A stretch of DNA of 64,000 nucleotides, taken from positions 504,558,058 to 504,622,057 of the forward strand of contig NC_058131.1 in NCBI RefSeq assembly GCF_016433145.1. Direction: 5' to 3'. A program made the position numbers and the translations under genes. The notes beneath the pieces were generated by a model. That model saw nothing but the letters and a program-made list of their open reading frames with translations. It had not been told where the DNA came from and made no database searches. Below are positions 1-11,900 of the stretch, one piece after another. The DNA comes from Gracilinanus agilis (lineage: Eukaryota). Positions within the stretch are counted from its first letter, which is position 1. Each line of letters starts with the position of its first letter.

Positions 1-790
1 AAGGGATGTGAAAAAGTTCAGACACTAATACACTGTTGATGGAACTGTGAATTGATTTAACTATTCTGGAGAGCAATTTGGAATTATGCCGATAGAGCTA
101 TAAAACTGTGTATATATACCTTTAGACTCAGCAATACCATTGCTGGGTCTATTTCCCAAGGAGATCAGGGAAAAAGGAAAAGAACTTATATATTCCAAAA
201 TATTTAAGGCAGCTCTCTTTGTGATGGCCAAGTCCATCAGATTGAGGGGAATGGATAAACAAAGTGTGGTATATGATTGTGATGGAATATTACTGTGCTG
301 TAAGAAACAAAGAGATTAAAAAAACTTTTTTTAAACCCTTACCTTCCATCTTGGAGTCAATACTGTGTATTGGCTCCAAGGCAGAAGAGTGGTAAGAGTA
401 GGCAATGGGGGACAAGTGACTTGCCCAGGGTCACACAGCTGAGAAGTATCTGAGGCCAGATTTGAACCTAGGACCTCCTGTCTCTAGGCCTGGCTCTCAA
501 TCCATTGAGCTACCCAGCTGCCCCCACAAAGAAATTTTTTTAAAAAGCTTGGAAACAATTACATGAGATAATGAAGAGTAAGAAGAACAATATATATTTA
601 GCTACAGATTTAATATTTAAAGAATAACTAACAAATATTAATCTACAGAGAACTGTGAAGTGAACACATGAAAGATATAATCAGTTTATACATGTTTGCT
701 GGATGGTGCACTGGATGGTGCTTTGTATGGTGTGTGGGTGGGAGAGGCTGAGATACCTGGAAATAAATTTTATTAATAAAAAAAAATAAA
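1..790 (+). mobile_element. L1 3' end (ORF2 C-terminus and 3'UTR), interrupted by a SINE
   Basis: L1 motifs such as gcaataccattgctgggtctatttcccaag and gatggaatattactgtgctg; ends in aataaa plus an A-rich tail near 775-790. Confidence 0.85.
326..525 (-). mobile_element. SINE1_Mdo-like tRNA-derived CORE-SINE
   Basis: Reverse complement reads ggggcagctgggtagctcaatggattgagagccagg...aagtcacttgtccccattgcc...aaggtaagggtttaaaaa. Confidence 0.92.
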
Positions 791-1289
791 AGCAAATTAA
801 AACCTTACATGCTACTGGTAGGACCTGCCAACTTATTCTCTATTGGCACAGCCTTTGAGAACCCCAGAGCCACTTCCATATTAGGAGTAAGTATTTAGTG
901 GAAAATTGATTTCAACAATTTTTATGGTTTTATTTATCAAGTAATCTTGTAAAATCTTAACATATGCACGAGAGAGGCCTTGTTGGGCAGTTGTGTTTTT
1001 GTTCTGAGTCAATTACTTCCTCATAATAGATTGGGACAGAATGCTACAAACAATGGAAGACATAATCATTTGTCAGTTATTTTAGATTATTTTTGCAGAA
1101 GGGTAACAAGGGAGTGTTCAATTCTGTAGAGAGGCTATGGATGCAACATTATATCCAGAAATGAGTATGATATAAAATCAATAAATGTATTTTTAAAATG
1201 GCCTTTTGCAACAAATAGGAGCTTAGAACACAAAGCTTCCTTCACATGTTTTCTAAAATGTGATGCACTGTCATCTCCTATTCCTTTTT

Positions 1290-1760
1290 AAAAATATACT
1301 TTATTTTTTTATATTAACTAAAATCTTTCTTCTTGCCCTCCCCCAACAATCTCTACCCATCAATTGAAAACTAAAGAAAGCCCCGTTACAAACACATATA
1401 GTAGTTCACCAAAACAAATGTCCATAATGGCTACATCCAAAATTCTGTTCTTTTCATTGTCTTTTCACTCCTCTCAAAAAAGGCGGGATCATGCTTTGTC
1501 TTTGGTCCTCTTGAATCATGGTTGGTCATCAGACTGATAAAAACTCCTAATTCTTTCCGAGTTGTCATGATGTTCTTGTTCTCCTAGGTCTGATCACTTC
1601 ACACTGCATTAGTACATACAGATCTTTCTAGACTTCTCTGAAACCACTTCCTTGATCACTTCTGACAGCATGGTAAACTTCCATCACATTTCTGTACCAT
1701 ATCCATTCCCCAATTTATAGACATCCCTTTCAGATTTCAATTTTTTGCCACATCCTTAGG
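1290..1760 (-). mobile_element. old L1 3' fragment
   Basis: ccattccccaattt...tttcagatttcaattttttgcca matches the reversed L1 3' region. Confidence 0.65.
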
Positions 1761-2649
1761 GGTGGTTAATTTCCTCTCTCCCTTTTCTTTCCTATTTCCC
1801 TACTCATTGAATGTATTTCTGTAATCTTGTGTGTTATGTTTGTATGTATGTGTATTAGTCTTTTATTATTCTTTCTTTTAATCATTTCAAATGTAGTGCT
1901 CTTCTAATCTTGGCCCATCTTATGATCTACTTGAAAAAAACCTAAACAAAATGTGTGGATCTAAATGTATGGACCTAAATCAATGTGTTTTCTGTATAAC
2001 TGTGTCATAATCTGGACAACATACATTCTGTATCCGCTTTATTATTATTATTATTGTTATTTCTTTATCAAGTGTCTACAATGTACCAGGAATAGTGCTG
2101 GGAATAAAAAGACAAAAATAAAACAATCCATGTTCATTAAAAATGTACATTCAGCTGGTAGGTAAGACTTATCAACTCGTTTGCTGTTAGCAAAGCCTTT
2201 GAGAACTCCAGGGTCATCTCCATCGTAGGAGTAGGAATTTAGTGGAAAATTGGCTTTGACAAATTATTTCTAAATGTACCTGTTGGCCATAGGGCCTTTA
2301 TTTAGTATCTATTGTATCAGAAGATCAGATTAGTTGATAGCCACTTTGAAAGTCACAGAGAACGTGGTTCAACAGACCAGATAGAATAAAGATGATGGAA
2401 AGAACCAGTATAGTTAACCTGAAGAATATATTTTTTGAGCATGTAGGGATTTCCTTTCAGTTGAAACCCTTGTTTTACAGAAAAGGAAACTGAACCCTAG
2501 AGGTTATGACATGCTCAAGGTGGTAAGTGGCAACACGTTTGACTGTACTACATTGCTCTTTTGGAAACAATCCAGACTTGATATGTTTCCAAGCAGCTGA
2601 AGGGTTATGATGTAGCAGTGAGATCACACCCATTTTACCTGGCCCTACA

Positions 2650-3070
2650 GTAAGTAGGAGAGAGAACAATGGACTTGGAATTAGGAAAGCCCCAGTTCCA
2701 ATCTCAGCTCTACCACATTTACTAGCTATGTGACTTAGTGGAAAGTCACTTAACTAACCTCTTTTGAGTTTTGGTTTCTTTGCCCTTAAAATGAGGATAA
2801 TAATGCCTATGATGCCTATTTCCCAGGGGTATAATAAGTATAAAATGAGATAATACATGTAAAGTGAGTTACTAACCTCAAACTTTTATACAAATATCTG
2901 CTATAATTAAGAAGACATCTTTAGTGCAATAGAAATGTCATTATTATCACCATCTGCATTTTACTGATGAGGAAACTAAGGCTCAGGGAGATTTCCTTGC
3001 TGATGGTCCCAAAACTAGTAAGTGCTAGGGTAGAGATTCAAATCCAACTCCCCTCACTCTGACTCAAGTG
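2650..3070. mobile_element. two MIR/CORE-SINE remnants in opposite orientation
   Basis: CORE motifs: agctatgtgactt...aagtcacttaac...aaaatgaggataat (+), and ttactgatgaggaaactaaggctcag (-). Confidence 0.75.
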
Positions 3071-5751
3071 CTCCTCTTCATCCCAGCACATGGCTTTCCA
3101 CCACTGCCAGCAGGGCAGAGCAGATGTGTTAAAGTGGGTATGCCTGCACGGCATGCTCAGTGGGTGCCAATGACAGAAAACCTAGTAACGCTAAATCAGC
3201 CACATATAATTATAGTTTTAAATGAAAGATAATTTGATTGCCAGGTCTTTCAAGAGGGAAAAGTATCAATTGTCCTGCCTAGTCTCTATAATAAATCAGA
3301 CAACTGAACCATAATGTGAGTGATATAACAAGAGAAAAAGAGAGGTTTCAGGTATTTGGAATTGACAAGTTTATTATTTTTTTTCAGCTAGAACAAATAC
3401 ACCTCAACACATAAGATGTTGGTAAAAAGTAAGCCCTTTACTGCTTTGTTAAAAATAAAATCCACATATAAAGCTTTTTAGCAGAACTCCAAAAGCAATA
3501 AAACACATTTTATCTCTACAATATGTGTTCTAATTTTTGATACATGTGTTGTCAAGTTGATACAACTCATTCGGTACTTGCCTATACAAAGGGGAAACAA
3601 ACTTCAAGACATGAGGGGAAAATACATGCATTTCACAAATGAGACAAGTATCTACTGTACTCTTTAAATCTGTCAATAAATAATCCATAGTATAAAAATC
3701 TGTATAGTTTAAATTAATGACAGTGCTGATTATTACCATAATGAAACAATCAAAGAACACTAATATATAGCTGAGCATATGTACATTAAAAAAATCTGAA
3801 ATGAATTGGAAGTTTTTTGTTTTCTAAATAATTCCAGAACTAAAGTTCAATGTTACACAATAAATTAACACCTTGAAGTTCTAGCCCAGCTAGAAGTCAT
3901 CAGTCCTAAAAAGTGACTTGCCATAGTTAAAGGTTTGCATATAAAGGATAGAAATCTTAGGCCAAGAAATGAGTAGAGTCCATGATTAAATGTTTAAGTC
4001 ACTCCCTTAAAGAAGAATCACTATAGAAATATTAAATAATTATAATAATAAAATGGTCTCCTGTAGGAGGGAGATAGAAACTGAAATTGATCTTTGATAT
4101 ACAGAATAACTTTATTCATTGCATAAACTGTCTTGGGTTCTACAAAGAGTTATAACTTAGAACAAACATGCTGAAATATTAATTATATGTTAGTGACCTT
4201 ATCAGTTCTACCCAAAGTCTTTATCAAAGAAGACCCACTGTAAATGCTATTAAAATCGATTTTTGCATAAAGTTTCCTCCATTCAACTTTAAACATGAAA
4301 AAATCAGCAATATCTAAGCAATTTCCAATCTAAGAGTTCAGTTGTCTCATTTTAGGCTACTGAACTATGCTTTTTTTTGGTACCCAACTCTTGAATCAGA
4401 AAGCAGTTCATGTAAAGAGTTGGGGCAAGAAGAGGTAGAAGAAATGGAGGAGGCATAGTATTAAGGTGGAAACATCAGATAGTACAGAGTCAACAAGAAA
4501 ATGCAAGCATAAAGAATCAATGATCACCATGATTGCTGCTGAACAATCTGTCTTAATTAGCATAATATGTACAGACCAAGTAATGAGCTGGATTTAATAG
4601 ATGTTCCTATCATTTTGATGGACAGGTGAAGACACTGTTATTCAGGCAACCAAGAACACAAGTGTCAAAAGATGTAGTCCCCAAACTGGGAACTAGGTTA
4701 AATATGAATATATGTTAATGTCTGAAAAAAAAGTTTTAAATGAGAATTTAAATATATTTTGCTTTTTGTTATGTAGACATAGCCTGTCTTAAGAGTCATA
4801 GAATTCAGAGCCAGAAGAAGTCATAGAGATTATCTAGTCCTGTTTCCTCACATTACAGATATGCATTGGCTCAGAGAGGCTTGCCCAAGATTGACAGCTG
4901 GTAGTGGAAGAACTGTACTACTGCTCGGATTTCCTTTGTCTTAAATCTAGTGCTCTTTCTAGTGGTTGTTCTATCTGAATAATCATTTTGAGGTATTGCA
5001 GATTTGAGCCACATGTACAATAATTATCTGTTTAAACAATCAAAAAGAAAGGGCGAAAGACACTTGTCCATCACCATTAGGAAGACTCTACTCCACCTTA
5101 ACATGGAAACTACAAAGTAAAAAAAGTTGTCTGGATGTTATCAAGATTAATTATGTCATTCTTAAGATGTTATTGGGATGAATAAAGAGTCTACTTTTTT
5201 ATGATTCTAAAGAAATAAAAACAGAAAATATAAAGTTGCTTCTTTCATCCATAACCAAACTTGTAGTACCCAAGCATACCCTGATTCCCCAAAGATGACA
5301 AAATGGATTTCTTTTGATGACAGTCTATGTTGGACAGTCTTCTTCTTTTCCTTTCTTTCCTCTTTTACTCTAGCTGGTGAACAAGACTTAATGTAATTTG
5401 GGGCAGAATTTAATTTCTATTTTTTTGTAGCCTTAGTCTTTGGGTCTCTTCCCTAGTGATGATATCTGTGTTTTTCTATGTTCTACATAATTTGTACCAG
5501 CTTTGGGTTCTCTATGGGAAAGAATCTTTGCTTGAGTAGATTCCCACTAATGAAGGATGATAGAAGTCAATGGTATGAGTGTCAACATAATACAAATTAT
5601 GACCAAAATGTACACAAATCCTCAAGGTGAGAAAGATAGCTGGAGATGGATGCTTTTCTTCCATATCTCCGGCACCTTTCAAATCATTAAGAGTCCAGTT
5701 CCCCAAGCTGACCTCATGGAAGCTGCCTCTGAAACCTTTAATGGTCTATAT

Positions 5752-5944
5752 CAGTCGTTCCCAAACTTTTTTGGCCTACTGTCCCCTTTCCAGAAAAAAT
5801 ATTACTTAGCCCCCTGGAAACTAATTTTTTAAAAATTTTAATAGCAATTAATAGGAAAGATAAATGCACCTGTGTCCATCACCGCCTTCCTGGATCGCTG
5901 CAGCACCCACCAGGGGGAGGTGGCGTCCACTTTGGGAATCACTG
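5752..5944. mobile_element. hAT (Charlie-type) MITE, 193 bp
   Basis: TIRs cagtcgttcccaaact / actttgggaatcactg; perfect 8-bp TSD gtctatat at 5744-5751 and 5945-5952. Confidence 0.93.
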
Positions 5945-8900
5945 GTCTATATGTTGAAATGAACTGTCTTGATAAAGGGACATATATAAAAGCTGTTTCT
6001 TTTCTGTTTTGACAACTTCCCGTATCACGTTTCTGGAATAATATATGATTCCAAAAGGTGTCAAATCCATTTCCATGAATTTTTCGACAGAGACCTGAGA
6101 GATCATCTAGTCTAACCCCCTCATTTTAACAAATGAGGAAATTTTTTATGGAGGTGACCAATGTATTCTTAAATCTAAAATTTGTACTTCAATAACAGTC
6201 CTCATCATTAGGCAATATGAATTTGTAGCCTGACAATGCATAGGGAGGTTGTCAGAATCAGGGTTGGAAGGGACTGGCCAAAGGTCATACTGTTAATGGT
6301 AGAACAAAGAATACAATGGAGTTTCTCTATATACTTAGCATAAAATGCTATCTACTAGATAATTTTGCATCATGAAATTATCAGGAGTATTCGTAGAATT
6401 GCCATAGTAGAATATCACGTAAGGTAATTTTGGTTCTAGTTTAAGTTAGGGGCTACTAAAGAAGGATGTTATTAAAATATTTTTGGAAGGAAATCTTGTC
6501 TTTTTTAAAAGACAAGTTTTTTGAAGGTAAGATGAGTACTGATAATCACCTTTAATTAGATCAGCAAAATATTTAAAATCTGAACAAAGGCAAAAATTTG
6601 ATATTAGAGAAGTGGAAGTAAAATAATCTCCATTTTATTACAATTTGTGACTTCATGACAAGCTTGCTATTAAACTCTACTTTCATATTTAAAACAAGTA
6701 GTGCCCCAGTTTTCTCAGTGTTCTTTAAATGATCCAAAGAACACACACAAAATAATTATTCATTTTATTGGTCTTAAGAGTTAGAAATATGAAATTTTGC
6801 AGGGCTAAATTACAAAAAAGTTGAAGATACATTATCAATACTATCTCACTAGGAGGTGATGCTTCAACTGAAGTTTCATTCAAAACTGTTTATCAGCTTG
6901 ATGGCCTCTGATTATATTTATGGACAATCAACTAGTTAGTGGTATGCTGGGCCTTATAAGGAAGTTGTTATATATTTATCTTAGATGCCTATTAAAATCA
7001 AAACCTAATTAAGTAACAAGTAATTTAAAAGCACTTTGAAAATGTAAATTGTCAGATTGATTTGAATATCATATGCTTACTCTCAGAATACACTATCAGA
7101 AAGCTACACATTACTGTTCCACACAGAAAGAAATTTGTCTTAACAAAAGTAAATTGCAATAGTCTTCTAAATTAGGGAGTATTAGTTATATACTATTCCT
7201 GTGTTGGAAATAATTATTATCCTTTTGATAAAATTCTCCATTAAGTATGCACAATGAAAAGAATCCCTACTGATATGATTAGATTCTGAAAGATTTTTAG
7301 AAATATCTTCTAATTTTACTTGAACGACTAAGTATGAGGCCTGTTGCAAAGTAAAAATAAATATTTTCCTCAGTAATCAAAAAAGGATTGTAATTATATG
7401 ATGGCACAAGGAGCAAAAAAATGAAAAAAAATGACAGATATTAATATATGTCCATATATGAATAACCTAGTCTATTCCAAAATTGTATTAGTTTCTTTTC
7501 AGAATAGCTCCAGAGAGCATTAATTTATTTTATACACAAAATGAAATCTGTGCTATTCTGGATGTGGTAGATTCATGAACTGTCAGAACGGGAAGCAACT
7601 TTATAGATTCAATCCCTTTGTTTCGCAGTCTCAGCAGGGGAAGCTGAGAGCCAAATGACTGAATTATTATAACCGGGTCAAGCATATGTAAGTCCATTTT
7701 TAGTGAATATGATGCTGAGATTTTTCTCTCTATATTTCCTATTCCTCAGATAGAGATTTACACTATAAAACAAAATATATTTTGTTTTTGATATTTTCAT
7801 AACATCAGTTATTTCTGATTGCTTTACCAAAAATAAGGAAGAGGATGAAGGGCATATGGATTTTAAAAAGTTAGTTCCATTAGGACTTAAACAGTTCAGA
7901 TATTGGTGAAGGATATTATTTATACTAAATAGTATTTGGAGAAAATTTCAATATATTTTAAAAATGGAGCCAAATGAAGATTAATCAAACATGATTAGAA
8001 AAACATTAAAAGAAGTGACAAGTATATTTTAAACTTTTTTAATTAATTCTTTTTCTTTTTTAGGGCTAAGACCTATAATTTCATTTTTGTGGGGAACACT
8101 CAGTAAGATGTTTGTTTTTATCATCTGTAATCGCTCTTATTTTTAGAAATCACTGTGTTACTTACAGGCTTAATTTCTTCCCTTTGGTGAAATATAATTT
8201 TTTACTCTGGGCTACATGTATATTTTAATAAAGTTAAAGTCAACATGGTTGGCAGCCTAATAATTTTTTTATTCAAATATAATTCATTCTAAAAGATATG
8301 TCCCTATATGGTAGCATAAATAGATGAGAAATTCAGGAATGTTTCTTACTAGTTAATTAGGTGATGTAGGCACCAACTGGCAATCTGAATACTTTTAAAA
8401 TAAAAGATTTTTCACAAATGATAGCTATAATTTAAAATGCCTAAAATGATTTTTTCAAAGCCAGATACATCATTTAGATATTTAAATTCTCCTTCCTAGC
8501 TTCCATTATTTTGAACAATAGGTTATCCAGATTTAATACTTTAACATAGCCAGTTGGAGATAGAAAATTCCCAAATGTGTTTCTGCATTTTGAAGAAGAT
8601 ATCTGACCTTTGGGTAAGAGAGGAAGAGGCATATGACAGGTATCATTATTTTCCTGAACTTAGCATGAAACTATCACAAAAGTTAATTTTCAAAGATTTC
8701 TTCCTGTAACCCACAAAACATGCACTCAGTCTAAAAGCTGCATATAGTCTTATTAGATTTTTCAGTATACATATGCCTAAACCAACCCATTTTAAATTTG
8801 TTTTCAACTAAATATATCATTAAAATCTTTGAGTGTTCCTGCAAGTTCATATATTCATAATGACTTGACGGCAGAAGAGCAACATTGAGTTCAAGATTGC

Positions 8901-11900
8901 ATGTGATAGGCAATAACTTTGGAATAAAAAAATCCAGAAAACTTATATTTGGTTATTTTATACAAACATATAACTATTATATATCTGTATATTCATATCA
9001 GCAATAGTGATTCAATAGAATATAAATTTCATTGTGTACTTATCAATCTATCTTTTTAGCTTATCAATTTTGTTAATAAATCTACTTGTGATTCTATTAA
9101 TTATGCAACAATATATTTATGCTGTCCCAGAAACAACAAATTTACCGTTAAATGTTTTAAGGAAATATCTTATACATTTACCATTAAAATATCTTTAAAA
9201 CATTTACCATTCAAATTTCATAAAAACTTGACTTTATACTTTACACAAGTAAAGATATTTATATAAAATAATAAAGAATATTAACTTTTAAAATACAATT
9301 ATTTTGAAGTATATACAAAACCTAAATAATTTCCTTCAAATCTCTATTGCATTTTCATTGACAAAAGCCAGATTTCATGTGTCATCTCAGTTAACAAAAT
9401 AACCTGTAAATAACCTGTGATTCTTACTGAAATAACTAAAATTATACCTAGTGGATATATAAACACTTAGAATAAAGAAGAGAAAACATTTACTAGATAT
9501 AATTTTGGAGTAAAGGAAGAAAATATTAAGAGGGACAAAATTATAAAATTGTAAATAGCAGCATTTTAAGAATTAATTTCTAAATAAATCCAATATTTAT
9601 TTTATTTCACACATTACATTTGATATAATGAAACTGCTGCAAGTGACCTTAGAAGAATAAAATGACATTTCAGAGATATTGACATAACACGCATATACTT
9701 AAACCTGTTTTATCAGAAAGGTTAATGTAGGAGAAGAAAGATATGAGAAAAGCTCTGATGAAATAATATGCTTGTGAATCTGGGGAATCATCTTAGCATC
9801 TAGAGAGCAACAAAAATCATTAATCCTTGTAATAGAGATAATAGTTTTGTTAAACAAGAGATAGCCCCCTTTAAAGTATATACCACACTTTAATACTGCT
9901 CAAAAGCCCAGAGAAAAATTTTCAGACTTTCACTTACATGTTTTCTGCAAGGGACAGAAATCTACATTTTCACAAAAAAAAAAAAATTAAATTCTGCCTG
10001 TAGCAAAGGATTTTCCCCAGTGTTAGCAGTAGTTATTTTTAAAACAGAGTTGATGCCAAAGAAAGGCAGTGTGGAGGTGGTTATTCCCTGAATAGTATGT
10101 ACTGAAATTTATTACATCTTAATAGTTAATAACTTTATCCACAGGATAACTTTTAACTATTAAATGGGAACTACTTCAGGAGTGTTTAGCTAGCAACAGG
10201 TGGCTAAGAATTTTTAAGGTGCCTTTAGAATAAAACTTACTTCTGTAGCCCAACCAACTGAAATAACTTTCTAGTCTCCTAGTACTATTATTCATAGATT
10301 TGTTGAAATAGGACAGCAAACTACAAAATTGGTACTTATTTTGCCCTAATTAGATAAAATCAATCCATCTGATAACAATTTTGAATTAGAAAGGAAACAT
10401 GATAAAGGGAAAAATAATTCATACTTCTAATCTGCTAAGAAAAGTGTATAATAATTATAAATTCCTAAATTATATATTTTTCTCTTTTTCGTTGTGACAA
10501 TTTCAAATCCTGGAATAAAACAACTTTAAGCCATTTTAGTCTTTTAAAGCAATTTCTAGGTGGCCTCATAGTTTATTTTAAAAAAGGCATCCTTTTACAA
10601 GCTGAAGTCAAAGTAGAAAGCTAGTCAGAAAAATTTTTTTTTCCTGTGGATTTAGGGGTGACCATGTATCAAGTTTGCTTCTGTGAAAGGTGATAGTCTT
10701 CTTCCTTACCCTTTTACTCTTTGGTATTTGATTTCAAACAATCAAATGAAATGCAGCAAAATGAGATATTTTTATAATGTAGATGCCCACAAAAGGGGAA
10801 CTAATCTACTCTTCTAAAACCTTATTCACCTTAGCAGCATAGAATCTTGAATTGGAAGGAAACTCAGAAATGACTTAGTTTACCTCCAAATTTACATAAT
10901 GAATCCTTTTGACAACATTCCTGATAAGTGATTATACAGTCCTTAGTCAAGTGGTGCAGTGTAATAACACATTTTAGTCTTTGAAGGGCTACACCATATT
11001 CTAAACAACAAAAGCTTTGTGGTCACCCACTAATAAGCATTTCTAGGCCATTTGTTTCTTAATTTGGAGCTGTAAAACATAACCACATGAAGCAAGACTT
11101 TTTCTGTTGGTCTTTCCTGAATGTGTAAATGTATGAAATCCCAAACTGAACCATTAGAACAAGAAGTTCTACACAGATAGCACCAAGTAACCTTTTGGAA
11201 ATAACAGCATTTAATAAATACACTGCATTCCTAACAGAGGTTTAAAAAGTTGCGAACTGAGTTATTATGTCTAAAACAAAGGTGATATCTGACATGTCCA
11301 TCGGGATGATTAAATGATTGCTCCTAGATAAATACATTTGGGTTCCTCCTGGTTTGATCTGCATTGATTATAGTGTTACTGGGCACCTAGGTAAATGGGG
11401 AGAAGGGTTGACTAAATATCTTTATTTAGAAGATAATCACTTTATTGAGCCTGTACAGAAGTTGTGAATAGCCCTTGAATACTCATGTTTTAAAATAAAT
11501 AAATAAATTTATTGTCATGGTTTCAATAACAGCTAACTAGAACTCTTGTAATAGAATAATAACTCAAAAGCATTTTGAAAAGCTGACATCTTCAACTTCC
11601 TGCCCATTTGTTGGTCTCTAAAATTATTTACTTATCCATAAATTTTAATTTCTATTTGAGCAACAAGAAGTGGACAATGCACTATGGTGAAATATCAGCA
11701 CAGTCAAGCCAATGTGTATGTGGCACAAATCTAAGACATGGATGGGCAACAGAAAAATGTTTGGGAGAAAAAAAGAAAATTCACTCATAAATGTGAAAAG
11801 ATCAACTAAAAATGTGGTAAAAAATGACAATGGATATGTTTATTTTTAGTTATCAATGTGGTCTATGAGGCACAAAAAATGCTTTTGTCCAACCATTTTT

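Noticed and set aside
326-525. tRNA-like heads (A/B boxes) in SINEs
   Set aside because: They are SINE promoters followed by CORE and tail sequence, not tRNA genes.
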